From an uncultured cyanobacterium (GTDB taxonomy: Bacteria; Cyanobacteriota; Cyanobacteriia; Phormidesmidales; Phormidesmidaceae): DNA of 64,000 nt. A model generated the notes under the pieces. It made no database searches, was not told where the DNA came from, and saw only the letters and a list, made by a program, of their open reading frames with translations. The number at the start of each line of letters is the position of its first letter. The stretch's first letter is position 1. Positions 1 to 9,392 of the stretch are shown here, one piece after another. A program made the translations under genes and the position numbers. The DNA lies in NCBI GenBank assembly GCA_963793265.1, contig CAWBZI010000005.1, forward strand, positions 1 to 64,000, given 5' to 3'.

Positions 1-206
1 TACTCTACATACTCTGCGATCACGAAGCTATGTTTCGGCTCTAGCGTATGAGATCGCACTATGATTCAATTTTGAATTTAAGTGCGGTGCGGCTCACATC
101 GATCTATTTCGTAAAGCTCTCCTCAAACCATGATACAAACGTATTGTGCTAACCCCGTCCAAAAAGGTTAGTTAGCCTTCTTATCTCTTACGAGTAGCCC
201 CTGCTC

Positions 207-1394
207 ATGCTTGCCTCCACAGCAAGACCGTCAGTTTTATCCCCTAATATTGTCGAGCGTTCGACCAGCCGTAGAACCTGCACCGAATACTTTGCGGGAA
301 TTGGTCTAGTACGCTTAGGTCTTGAACGTGCTGGCTGGGATATCGTCTTCGCTAACGACTGGGCAAGAGAGAAGTTCGATATGTACGCTGCCTATTTTCC
401 AGAAGCCGAAGACCACTACGCGCTCAAAAGCGTCTTCGATCTTAACCAATTGAGTGTTCCCGCCTCCCTACTAGCAACGGCCTCTTTTCCCTGTGTTGAT
501 TTGTCCCTAGCAGGTAACCTAAAAGGTATTAGCGGTAGCCACTCAGGCGCTTTTTGGGGATTTATTGAAGTCCTCAAAAGCCAGCAGTCTCGACCACCTC
601 TAGTCATGTTGGAGAATGTGGGCGGATGGCTGACATCGAATCAAGGGAAAGACTTTAGACTCACAATTGAGGCTCTCAACGAACTAGGCTACGCCTGTGA
701 TGTCTTCGCAATTGACGCTGCTCATTTCGTGCCACAGAGCAGACTCAGAGTATTCGTGGTGGGCGTTCAAACCGCTATTCCTGACGACGATGTACTAACG
801 TTAGCGAGAAGACCCGCTTCGTTCACGTCAAAAGCATTGAATCGGGCGATCACATCTAATAGCGATCTATCTTGGAACTTTTTAGATATTCCCCCGCTGC
901 CCGAGGAACGAGCGCGATCACTAGAGAGCATTATTGAAGACCTACCAGAAGCCGACGAGCGATGGTGGTCAGCTTCAGAAGTAGAGCGTCATCTACAGAT
1001 GATGAGCGCCCTCAACATTGCTCATATCGACGAGTTGAGACAACGCTCTCACTACGCCTACTGCACCATGTACCGCCGCGTTCGCGGTGGCCAGCAGCGA
1101 GCAGAAATTCGCAAAGACAGTATTGCAGGTTGTCTGAGGACAGCGCGAGGGGGAAGTAGCCGACAGATGCTCGTTAGAGTCAATCAGGACGGCATCAGAA
1201 TGCGACTGATGACCCCCCGCGAATATGCCCGATTGCAAGGCGTTCCAGATGACTATCCCCTACCCAGTCGCGTCAATCAGGCGCTGACAGGATTTGGCGA
1301 TGCCGTTTGCGTTCCCGTGATTACCTGGATAGGTGAAAACATCTTGAACCCTTTAGCGGCTAATCTGCTGACTCAACCAAAGCTCCATTCTTGA
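207..1394 (+). CDS. DNA (cytosine-5)-methyltransferase
   Basis: Motif I EYFAGIG, catalytic motif IV SFPC, motif VI ENV, motif VIII QSRLR, motifs IX/X REYARLQG...GDAVCVP. Confidence 0.93.
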   Translation: MLASTARPSVLSPNIVERSTSRRTCTEYFAGIGLVRLGLERAGWDIVFANDWAREKFDMYAAYFPEAEDHYALKSVFDLNQLSVPASLLATASFPCVDLSLAGNLKGISGSHSGAFWGFIEVLKSQQSRPPLVMLENVGGWLTSNQGKDFRLTIEALNELGYACDVFAIDAAHFVPQSRLRVFVVGVQTAIPDDDVLTLARRPASFTSKALNRAITSNSDLSWNFLDIPPLPEERARSLESIIEDLPEADERWWSASEVERHLQMMSALNIAHIDELRQRSHYAYCTMYRRVRGGQQRAEIRKDSIAGCLRTARGGSSRQMLVRVNQDGIRMRLMTPREYARLQGVPDDYPLPSRVNQALTGFGDAVCVPVITWIGENILNPLAANLLTQPKLHS

Positions 1395-1929
1395 TATCCA
1401 TAAGTTGAGTTCCGTTCATCGTGACAAATCGATAGGTCACAGAGCGCCGAAACCGCTGACGAGACTCAGCCTGGTAGTTCTCCTGAAGCTCAGGTAACCA
1501 CCTATCAAACGTTGCGATCAGCGCAGCGCGATCTACGAGCCAGACCTCGACATCCAGATAGGTATTACTTCTCGCCACAAAAAGGTGATCGACGGACCGT
1601 TCATCCTGTAGCTTTTCTAGCCCTCTATTGCGGTGATACTGATACTCGAAGCTGTTGCCAATCAGGGCAGACTTGACCTCATAGTTTTCCAAGTCAGCGC
1701 CATTGCCAGGACTAGCGCGATCTTCCATCAGAATCGCAGCAAAGACTTCCCAGTCCTTAGAGCCGATGCTGCCTTGTAAGGTAAAGCCATACTGCTCATA
1801 GATAGCTGACTTATCCTGGCTGTAGTCCAGAATGAACCGCTGATAAAATGCAAAAGCTGCTGAGGCATTAATACTAGGCACAGACGATCCTGACGAAGGC
1901 TGAAAGCTATCAAGCCAGAGTATAGGCAA
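1360..1929 (-). CDS. Hypothetical protein, putative PD-(D/E)xK restriction endonuclease
   Basis: 189-aa ORF with WEVFAA...GADLENYEVKS motif; convergent with and overlapping the MTase 3' end; start uncertain (TTG 1929 or GTG near 1881). Confidence 0.55.
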   Translation of the reverse strand: MPILWLDSFQPSSGSSVPSINASAAFAFYQRFILDYSQDKSAIYEQYGFTLQGSIGSKDWEVFAAILMEDRASPGNGADLENYEVKSALIGNSFEYQYHRNRGLEKLQDERSVDHLFVARSNTYLDVEVWLVDRAALIATFDRWLPELQENYQAESRQRFRRSVTYRFVTMNGTQLMDIKNGALVESAD

Positions 1930-1953
1930 TGCCCGTAACCTATGTACAACTAT

Positions 1954-3473
1954 CTATACATTCACATCAGGCATTTTACGGCGGCGCGACATCACAGCGC
2001 GTACCAACTCCTGCGGCACGGCTCTCACATCCGGTACCAGCAGCACTAAGCCATAGCTCACGCAAACGCAACGATTCCAACTACAGGCGATATCAAGCTT
2101 CCTAAGATTGGCACCATCGCTGCTACCGTCAGCCAAGCCGCCGCCGTATAGCGAGGTGTGCCGTAGATCTTTACCAGCGAACGGTGCAACAGAATATTAC
2201 TAAACACCGTCAGCAGTTCAGCCAAGCCATAGCCCCACAGTCCAAAGATTGGCATCAGCAGCCCGCATCCGATCCAGAGCAGCGCGATGTAAACGCTATA
2301 CGCCTTCGTCACTTCCACATTTTGATCGACCGCATACAGGGCTCCTGAATGCAGATCGAACATGGCGCGCACCATGGCTGAGAGCGCAATCAAAGGGAAA
2401 ATATGCGTACTTTGCAGCCAGTCATCGCCAAATAAAATCGGCACCACCCAGCTATCTAAGCAGGCAAACGCTGAGCACATTGAGCCGATCAGCAGTGCCT
2501 GATAGGCCATGCCTCTACTCACGGTATTGCGCACCGCTGCCGCATTCTCTGTGAGCTTGGCCATCACGCTAATCGACATTCGCCGCACAACCATTCGCAG
2601 CGTAGAAAGCTGCTCGACCAGGCGAATTGCAATGCTCACGAGCCCAGCAGCCTCTGGCCCAGCAATCGGCGTGACCAGTACCGGAATCGTGAGCGCCCGT
2701 AGCGAAATTACCCAGTTAGACAGTGAGAAGGTGAGGCCGTAGCGTAGGGCTGGCTTTAGAAAATTCCATTGCAAGCGCGATCGCACCCCCACCCGATACA
2801 AATACTGCCCCAGCACCAGCAGCACCACACCCCGCATATACAGCCCTGCAATTGGCCCCCAATAGCCCCGGCCCATTAGCACCAGAGGCAGCGCCACCAC
2901 ATAGTTCGCAATCTGCGCGCAAATTTCTATCAGGCCCACTTCAGCAAACGCCAAATCGCGCTCAAGCATGGCAATCGAAACGCTCGCGGCCATATCGGCG
3001 GCAATCGGCACCGGGAGCCAGCGCACTAAGTCCGCGATCGCCCGCTCCCCTGTCCACGCCCCAATGCCAGGAGACAAAGCCAGCAGAGCCACTGCAAATC
3101 CCAAACTCAGCCAGTTAAAGAACGTCAACACCTGCTCGGGCGCATCATTTGGCAACTGCTTTTGCTGCACCAAATAAACGTGGAGCCCCAGCTTGCCTGT
3201 CCAGGTCACGAAGTAAAAAATGCCCAACGCACTGACTAAAATGCCGTAGTTTTCGGTGCCTAGCTGTCGCGCAATAATTAAAATGCTCAGTACCGACAGG
3301 CCCACTGACACAAGCTGCCTCAAAGCCAGATAGAGCCCGCCTTTGACAACCTTGCTTTTCAGCGCCGATTGTTCTGCATCTTCTCGCTGAGCTTTCCGGT
3401 TCCGGGAGACGATCGTTAGGCTCAGGCATGAAATAGATACACGATAGATAGAGGAGCTACAGACGATTTGCAT
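1954..3473 (-). CDS. wzx: Wzx-type oligosaccharide flippase, with apparent 1-nt indel(s)
   Basis: Multi-TM RfbX-like protein (ARQLGTENYG, LRYGLTFSLS). The main ORF stops at 2058, but the hydrophobic C-terminus continues in another frame (VSYGLVLLVP...) to 1954. The natural start may be ATG 3429 with a second indel near 3384. Confidence 0.8.
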
Positions 3474-5022
3474 CGCGTCTTTCAGAGTCTACAGCGGTGT
3501 ATGTATCTGCTGGCGTTTCATCCAAATCTTCATGCCAGTCATGGCGTTCTGGGGCGTAGGGCTCTAGATCATAGCGTTCTGAATCGTAGTGGTCTATGGC
3601 ATAGGCTTCTGCGTCGTAGGTATTAAACGGAACACTTTCTAAAACAGGTAGGTATCTATCTCCGTCTACAGCGGCATTTCTATAAACAGGCGCAAGTCGA
3701 GCCGCCCCAAAGCGCTCGGGCCACGGCCAGTCGAGCAGCGCGAGTAGCGTCCACCAATAGAAAAACATAGCCGTATGCACCATCACGTTTCCCGCAGCCA
3801 TGCCTACCAGCATGGCGATGGAGTAAGGGAAAAGCACCCCGCATAGCGCACGTTGGGGTGAGCCCGGCCTGCTTTGACGCATTACCTGAAGCACTCTGGC
3901 TACTTGCGCGAATAAAAATAACAGAAATAGCCCAAAGCCCACCAGACCTTCTTCGACTAAAAAACGCATGTAGTCGTTGTGAGAGGTGGTGTTAAAAACG
4001 CTGAGTTCTTTAGTAGAGCCCAGGCCGTAGCCTAAGAGCGGGTATCGCTGCCAGTCGGAGAGTAAATCGCGCCACTGCAACAATCGCCAGTTAAAGCTGT
4101 TGCGAAACTCTTTCATATCGGCAGCTTGCAGCGCAGCAGCACGGCCAAAGCTCAGGTCGGGGTTGAGCAGAGGCGTTTTGTTGAGTTCGACTAGCCGCTC
4201 TTGTCCTAGTTCAGAAGAGAGAAGAATAAAGAGCGTGACGGCTAAGGCTAATGCACCTAAAAATCCCTTACCCTTAAGTCGAGGTAAAAAATACAGCGCG
4301 CCAAATACTAGCAGCATCACCAGGCCAGTCAGAGACTTTGTGGCAATCAGGCAGTACAGCAGACCGCCGACCAGCAGCGCCCACAGCAAAGGCTTTTTGG
4401 ACATCTGCATTCGCCACAGGCTGAGCGCAATAAACAACAGACAAAAGGTGGCAAAGCTGTTGTAATGTCCGAGCGTACTGTTGATGCGATCGCCCGTCCC
4501 CGTAAAGTCTTTCCAGCCCACATCACTCTGCAAAAAGCCCGGCAAATCAACCCGCGCAATCTGCAACGCCGCTAGGATCAGCGGAATAACCAGGCTCAAG
4601 AGCAAAATAGAAGCCAGCCGATCGGGAGGAATGCGATCGCGCAACTGCATTACCAGCAAATACACCATCGCTAGCGAAAAGAACCGCACCCATTCACGCA
4701 TCGCGTCGTAGGCCATATAGGGCGTACCGCCCAGTCCACCCAGCGGTAATAAAATCACCCAAATGCTTTGCAGTCCTACCCAGCCGATCAATAGCCACCA
4801 GAAGCGATCGGTATGAATGGGCTGACGCAGAATGAGCTGACGGCCTATGTAGACAAATACGAGAAGATCTACCGCGATCGCAAACGCCGCAGGCACGCTC
4901 TTACCTGAATACAAATCCAAAGCACTTCGCAGCAGCAGCACACACAGAACTATCTGCGTCCAGAGTCCCTGATTCCAGAAGCCCTGATTCTCTGTGACCG
5001 GTTCCTGCGCCTGCATCCTCAT
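3457..5022 (-). CDS. O-antigen ligase / Wzy-like polymerase
   Basis: Multi-TM protein; Wzy_C motifs SFNWRL...W, PLLGYGLG, SHNDYMRFLVEEGLVG. Confidence 0.85.
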   Translation of the reverse strand: MRMQAQEPVTENQGFWNQGLWTQIVLCVLLLRSALDLYSGKSVPAAFAIAVDLLVFVYIGRQLILRQPIHTDRFWWLLIGWVGLQSIWVILLPLGGLGGTPYMAYDAMREWVRFFSLAMVYLLVMQLRDRIPPDRLASILLLSLVIPLILAALQIARVDLPGFLQSDVGWKDFTGTGDRINSTLGHYNSFATFCLLFIALSLWRMQMSKKPLLWALLVGGLLYCLIATKSLTGLVMLLVFGALYFLPRLKGKGFLGALALAVTLFILLSSELGQERLVELNKTPLLNPDLSFGRAAALQAADMKEFRNSFNWRLLQWRDLLSDWQRYPLLGYGLGSTKELSVFNTTSHNDYMRFLVEEGLVGFGLFLLFLFAQVARVLQVMRQSRPGSPQRALCGVLFPYSIAMLVGMAAGNVMVHTAMFFYWWTLLALLDWPWPERFGAARLAPVYRNAAVDGDRYLPVLESVPFNTYDAEAYAIDHYDSERYDLEPYAPERHDWHEDLDETPADTYTAVDSERRDANRL

Positions 5023-6179
5023 TAGTTAAACAAATCCACCAAAGCGCCAAACGGATTGAGAATTCGCCCAATAAAGTCAAACATATTGCCGACCCCACCG
5101 CGACCCGAGGCTTCAACAAACACCACATCCCCCTCAATCAAGGGCTCCGACGCCTCGCCAAAGGTATAGAGCAACTGTTCCACCCGGCCATCCGGCATCA
5201 TTCGCAGCACCACTACCTCTTCGGTGTCGGCATCTACAGTCGGGCCACCGGCAGCAGCTACCGCACCGCTCACGCCGACTAAAGGGCTCACCTGTAGCTG
5301 TCCTGGACTGGTCACTTCCCCGGCAACCTGCACCGTAATTTGCTCAGGCGCGATCGTAGAAGTGAGCAGCGTTCGCTGGTCGATATCGGCAATATCAGCA
5401 GCAGGCACGATAATTTCGTCCCCGTTAAAAATGCGCGGATCAGAGCCCAAATCACCACTGCTTACCGCCTCCCACAGGTTTACCTGAAACTCGCTATAGC
5501 CTGACGCACCGTCTGGTGCCCGGCCCGCGACAGGCCGTCTGATCACAATATTTCTCAAGTCAGCACTGGGCGTAATCCCACCTGACTCTACCAGCGCCGT
5601 ACTCAAAGTTGGTGGCAGTCGCTGTGCCTGAGTCTCCGAGTTTTGCGGGTCGAGCAGTCTTGGCCCTGGGCTTTGCACTTCGCCGCTCACGCTGATCCGA
5701 ATGGGGCTAGCATTCACCAGCGCCACGCTCACTTGCGGGCGTTTGACGTAGGGGAGTAGCGCTTGGGTGATGGGTGCGATCGCCTCCAAAGGCGCATAGC
5801 CACCGACAAAAATTGCCCCGCCCAGCGGCAACTGCACTGTCCCCGCACTGCTCACCTGCTGCTGGCCCGAGAGGTTCTGGAATCCCAGCACGTCGATCGA
5901 AACCAAGTCGCCCGGCTTTAGCGGATCGCTGGTGTTGTAGGGTAGCGCGGGCGCTAGCGGTTGCGGCTGCGTGTAGGCAGGCTGAGTTTGGGTTGGCTGC
6001 ACCGCTCGCCCAGGCACAGATGGGGCTACGGTGGCGGGCATTTCGGGGATTGGGTCGGGTGCAAGCGTTGGTAGGGTTTCTTGGGCGATCACGTCAGGTG
6101 TTGCAATCGGTAGAAGCAGGGCACTGAATAAACTAGCGATCGCTAGAACAAGACTATATTTCATAGCACCTAATTTCAT
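5022..6179 (-). CDS. wza: Polysaccharide export protein (Wza-like, SLBB domains)
   Basis: Signal peptide; LKPGDLVSIDV, GTVQLPLGG, VSGEVQSPG, AGEVTSPG. Confidence 0.88.
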   Translation of the reverse strand: MKLGAMKYSLVLAIASLFSALLLPIATPDVIAQETLPTLAPDPIPEMPATVAPSVPGRAVQPTQTQPAYTQPQPLAPALPYNTSDPLKPGDLVSIDVLGFQNLSGQQQVSSAGTVQLPLGGAIFVGGYAPLEAIAPITQALLPYVKRPQVSVALVNASPIRISVSGEVQSPGPRLLDPQNSETQAQRLPPTLSTALVESGGITPSADLRNIVIRRPVAGRAPDGASGYSEFQVNLWEAVSSGDLGSDPRIFNGDEIIVPAADIADIDQRTLLTSTIAPEQITVQVAGEVTSPGQLQVSPLVGVSGAVAAAGGPTVDADTEEVVVLRMMPDGRVEQLLYTFGEASEPLIEGDVVFVEASGRGGVGNMFDFIGRILNPFGALVDLFN

Positions 6180-6218
6180 ATCTAAGAATTAGCAAGACTT
6201 GAACAATATCAACAAATT

Positions 6219-6276
6219 GTTGGGTGTTTTTTGCCGTAGGGTCGTACACTTTTACGGCAAAAAACACCCAACCTAC
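6219..6276 (-). repeat. Perfect 20-bp inverted repeat with adjacent GTAG (REP-like hairpin)
   Basis: GTTGGGTGTTTTTTGCCGTA (6219-6238) pairs with TACGGCAAAAAACACCCAAC (6253-6272). On the minus strand it is preceded by GTAG, which overlaps the wzc stop codon. Confidence 0.7.
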
Positions 6277-8660
6277 GACCGACTTGTTACCGCTGCTCCC
6301 AATGCTGGTCTGGGTAACTGACCCAACTGTTCTTCTGGCAAAATTGTCTCATTCATCGCAATGCCTAGCAGCGGCGCACCACTCTTTCGCAACTGCTGCA
6401 CCGTGTCGGCCAGCACGCTGCGCGGCGTATAGCCCGGTCGCGTCACCAGCAGCAATCCGTCCGTGAGCTGACTCACTGTCGCTGCATCAGCAGAGGTATC
6501 TACCGCCGCCGTATCGATCAAAATTAAATCGTACTCACGCTTTAAAGCTTCTATCAGCAGCCGCATAGACGTAGACTCCGTGACGGTAGAAGGCCGATTA
6601 AGCGCCTGACCGTAAGGCAGTAGCGACAGACGACCAATTGTCGTGAGCTTGACAACTTCTGAGAGAGGTTGGCTGTGATTGATGACATCGGTTAGGCCAG
6701 GCCGCGACTCTACCTGCAAGTAAAGGTGCTGAATAGGGTGGTGAGGGTCGGCCTCGATAATCAGCGTTCTGCGGCCTAACATTGCAGACACCGCGCCTAA
6801 GCAGGTCGCCACTGAAGACTTACCTTCGTTGGGAGTTGGGCTGCTGACAACCACGACTTGAGAGGCGTTTAGATTAGGTGCGCCAGCGTTTGCTGCTTGG
6901 GCTTGGCCATTACCATTGGTGGCTAGTGTGCGCGATCGCTGCCGAGAAGCCATCGTTTTCAGCAAGGCCCGATAGGGTTCTACGTGCCGAGGATTATCCA
7001 AAAAGGCATCAAGCCCTTCGATATCTACCAAATCAGCCGATAGCCTGGGCAAGTATCCCAACACGGGCAGCTTTACAAGCTTTTCGACTTCCTCGCCGCT
7101 CTGCAAAGACACGTCTAACAGATCCAGCAATAAGATTGCCGCCACCGATAGCACGCTGCCCGCCACCGCTGCTAGCGCCAGCACTGCAAAAGGACGAGGC
7201 GATACCGGCGCAGATGCAGGCTCAGCTAAGCCTAGTACGCTGACATTACTCACCAGTTGAGCTTCAGCAATGCGCGCTTCTTCCAGCTCAGTCTGAATTA
7301 ACTCCAGCGATTCTTCGGCGTTTTGCCTTTCGCGCTGTAGCACCGCCAAAGGCTGTTGGAGCGAGGGCTGCTGCGTAAACTGACGCTGCATTTGCGCCAG
7401 CTCTGACTGCACAACGGCCAGGCGATTGTTGAGCGCATCGGCCTGAACGGCGCTATTGATAGAGTCAGCAATGAGCTGCTGGCTAAGGCCGTTCGACGCT
7501 AGGCTAGCGGCAGTTCGACCAAAGTCACGGCTAAATCCAGCAGGCGTGAGCTGAGTAAGACGCTGTTGATAAAGCGCTTGCAAATTTCCGAGCTGATCTT
7601 GCAGGGCTAGCAATTCGGGATGAATATCACCTAGCTTTGAGCGCGCCTCGGCCAAGGCTACGGAGGTGTTGGTAATTTGCGCCGATAGCGTCAGGAGCTG
7701 CGGGTCTTGACCCACTCGTGAGATTGCATAGGCGACTTCTGGAGAAGTAATGCCGGTTACGTCCTGCAAACGCTGATTGCGGGTAGCGACCTCTTCTAAG
7801 GCTGATATTAGCGATCGCTCCTCCTGCGCCAGCGCTGCTAAAGAACCCACCATCTGCTGATTTTGCGCGTCCACCGCCAGCAGCCCATTCTCTTGCCGGT
7901 ACTGACTTTCAGCTAGCTCAGCCTGGCGCAACCTGCTCTGCAAAGCAGGCAGTTGAGACTCTAAAAATGACTTAATTGCCGTAGCTTCTACATTGATGGC
8001 CTCTACGTTTTCAGTCACCGCCGCCTGGGCCACTGAGTTGACAATCGCCGCCGCCTGCTGCGGATTTTCACTTCGGTAGCTCACCTCTAAAATATTGGTC
8101 GCAGGTACGATATCGACCTGAAGCGACTGCCTAAGCGAGTCTACCGACGGCGCATCTGCGGGTCTATCAGCCGCGCCCGCTGGTGCATTAGGCGCATTGT
8201 CAGAGACGATGGTGCGATCGCTCTCTCCTGAACGATCCGCCAGCCCTCTAGCTAATAGGCCACTATCCACCGTTTGATTAATCTGCGACTGCGCAGAAGC
8301 GAGCCCCGTACGCGCGCGATATATCTCCAAAGCCGCTCGCAAGACGCCTTGAGACTTCACCACTTCAGCCTGCGTCACAATCGGGTTAGAGCCGCCCAGC
8401 TCATCAGCCGCCGACAGGGTTTGACCAATATCAGAAACGCTCGTGCGCTCATCTTCTACCGACAGGCGCACGACCGCCTCGTATAGCTGAGGAGAAAGCG
8501 CCAAGTAGGCAGCAGCCCCGCCTAACGACAGCACAAAAGCAGGAATGCTCACCCACCAGTAGCGCTTAAACGGTGACCAAGCCGTGCGGGAAGAGGATTT
8601 TTTCACTGGATTTATTAAAGACCTCTTAAAAGCTGTTTGAAACTTGTAGATAGCAAACAA
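6273..8660 (-). CDS. wzc: Wzc/GumC-like polysaccharide co-polymerase with BY-kinase-like domain
   Basis: TM, coiled coil, TM, then P-loop SSPTPNEGKSS and YDLILIDT; true start probably GTG near 8606. Confidence 0.87.
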   Translation of the reverse strand: MFAIYKFQTAFKRSLINPVKKSSSRTAWSPFKRYWWVSIPAFVLSLGGAAAYLALSPQLYEAVVRLSVEDERTSVSDIGQTLSAADELGGSNPIVTQAEVVKSQGVLRAALEIYRARTGLASAQSQINQTVDSGLLARGLADRSGESDRTIVSDNAPNAPAGAADRPADAPSVDSLRQSLQVDIVPATNILEVSYRSENPQQAAAIVNSVAQAAVTENVEAINVEATAIKSFLESQLPALQSRLRQAELAESQYRQENGLLAVDAQNQQMVGSLAALAQEERSLISALEEVATRNQRLQDVTGITSPEVAYAISRVGQDPQLLTLSAQITNTSVALAEARSKLGDIHPELLALQDQLGNLQALYQQRLTQLTPAGFSRDFGRTAASLASNGLSQQLIADSINSAVQADALNNRLAVVQSELAQMQRQFTQQPSLQQPLAVLQRERQNAEESLELIQTELEEARIAEAQLVSNVSVLGLAEPASAPVSPRPFAVLALAAVAGSVLSVAAILLLDLLDVSLQSGEEVEKLVKLPVLGYLPRLSADLVDIEGLDAFLDNPRHVEPYRALLKTMASRQRSRTLATNGNGQAQAANAGAPNLNASQVVVVSSPTPNEGKSSVATCLGAVSAMLGRRTLIIEADPHHPIQHLYLQVESRPGLTDVINHSQPLSEVVKLTTIGRLSLLPYGQALNRPSTVTESTSMRLLIEALKREYDLILIDTAAVDTSADAATVSQLTDGLLLVTRPGYTPRSVLADTVQQLRKSGAPLLGIAMNETILPEEQLGQLPRPALGAAVTSRS

Positions 8661-8881
8661 TTACCGAAGCACATTAAGACCGATCGCCCGAATTCCCTAC
8701 CAGGGAAGCTGATTTTGATCAAGGCTTTTGCGAATAACTATTATTTATTATCGCCCCGTTTAAGAATTCTAAAAGAGTTTGGGAATTATGCTGATCTTTC
8801 ATCCGTTTTTTTACGGGTCTTCAAGAGAAATTGATATATATACTTAACCTGTATGAGCCGTTACTTACATGGCTATAGCCT

Positions 8882-9367
8882 ATGACCGCTAGCCTTCCTT
8901 TCGATCTCAATACGCAGCTAGCCGAGTTTCCCGCAGATGATTTTGCGATCGCCTTCTCCCCACTTTCTATCGAGCGCGCCTACCAGCTAGCCGACGATGG
9001 AGCCAATGGCGCAATCGTGCTCTTTAGCGGCATGGTACGCAACCAAACTGACGGTCAGCCTGTCATCGCCCTCGAATACCAGGCATACGAACCGATGGCC
9101 GCTCAGGTCTTCAAGCAAATCGCCGCCGATATTCGCACTCGCTGGCCCGATATCACCCACGTTGTCATCCATCACCGCATTGGCAAACTCACCGTTGGCG
9201 AAATTAGCGTCCTGGTCGCTGTCGGCTCTCCGCACCGATCCGAAGCCTTTGCGGCCGGGCAATACGCCATCGACACGCTAAAGCACAACGCACCCATCTG
9301 GAAAAAGGAGCACTGGCAAAACGGCGCGACAAGCTGGGTAAATATAGGAGCCTGTGAAGACAAGTGA
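8882..9367 (+). CDS. moaE: Molybdopterin synthase catalytic subunit
   Basis: GAIVLFSGMVRN, LEYQAYEPMA, HRIGKL, SPHRSEAF, LKHNAPIWKKE. Confidence 0.95.
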   Translation: MTASLPFDLNTQLAEFPADDFAIAFSPLSIERAYQLADDGANGAIVLFSGMVRNQTDGQPVIALEYQAYEPMAAQVFKQIAADIRTRWPDITHVVIHHRIGKLTVGEISVLVAVGSPHRSEAFAAGQYAIDTLKHNAPIWKKEHWQNGATSWVNIGACEDK

Positions 9368-9392
9368 AAATGCAGGCGCGTAGCTTGGGCAG

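Noticed and set aside
8851..8864. GTA-N8-TAC (NtcA-like) upstream of moaE
   Set aside because: Only 17 nt from the start codon, with no -10 element at activating distance on either strand; a 6-bp match occurs often by chance
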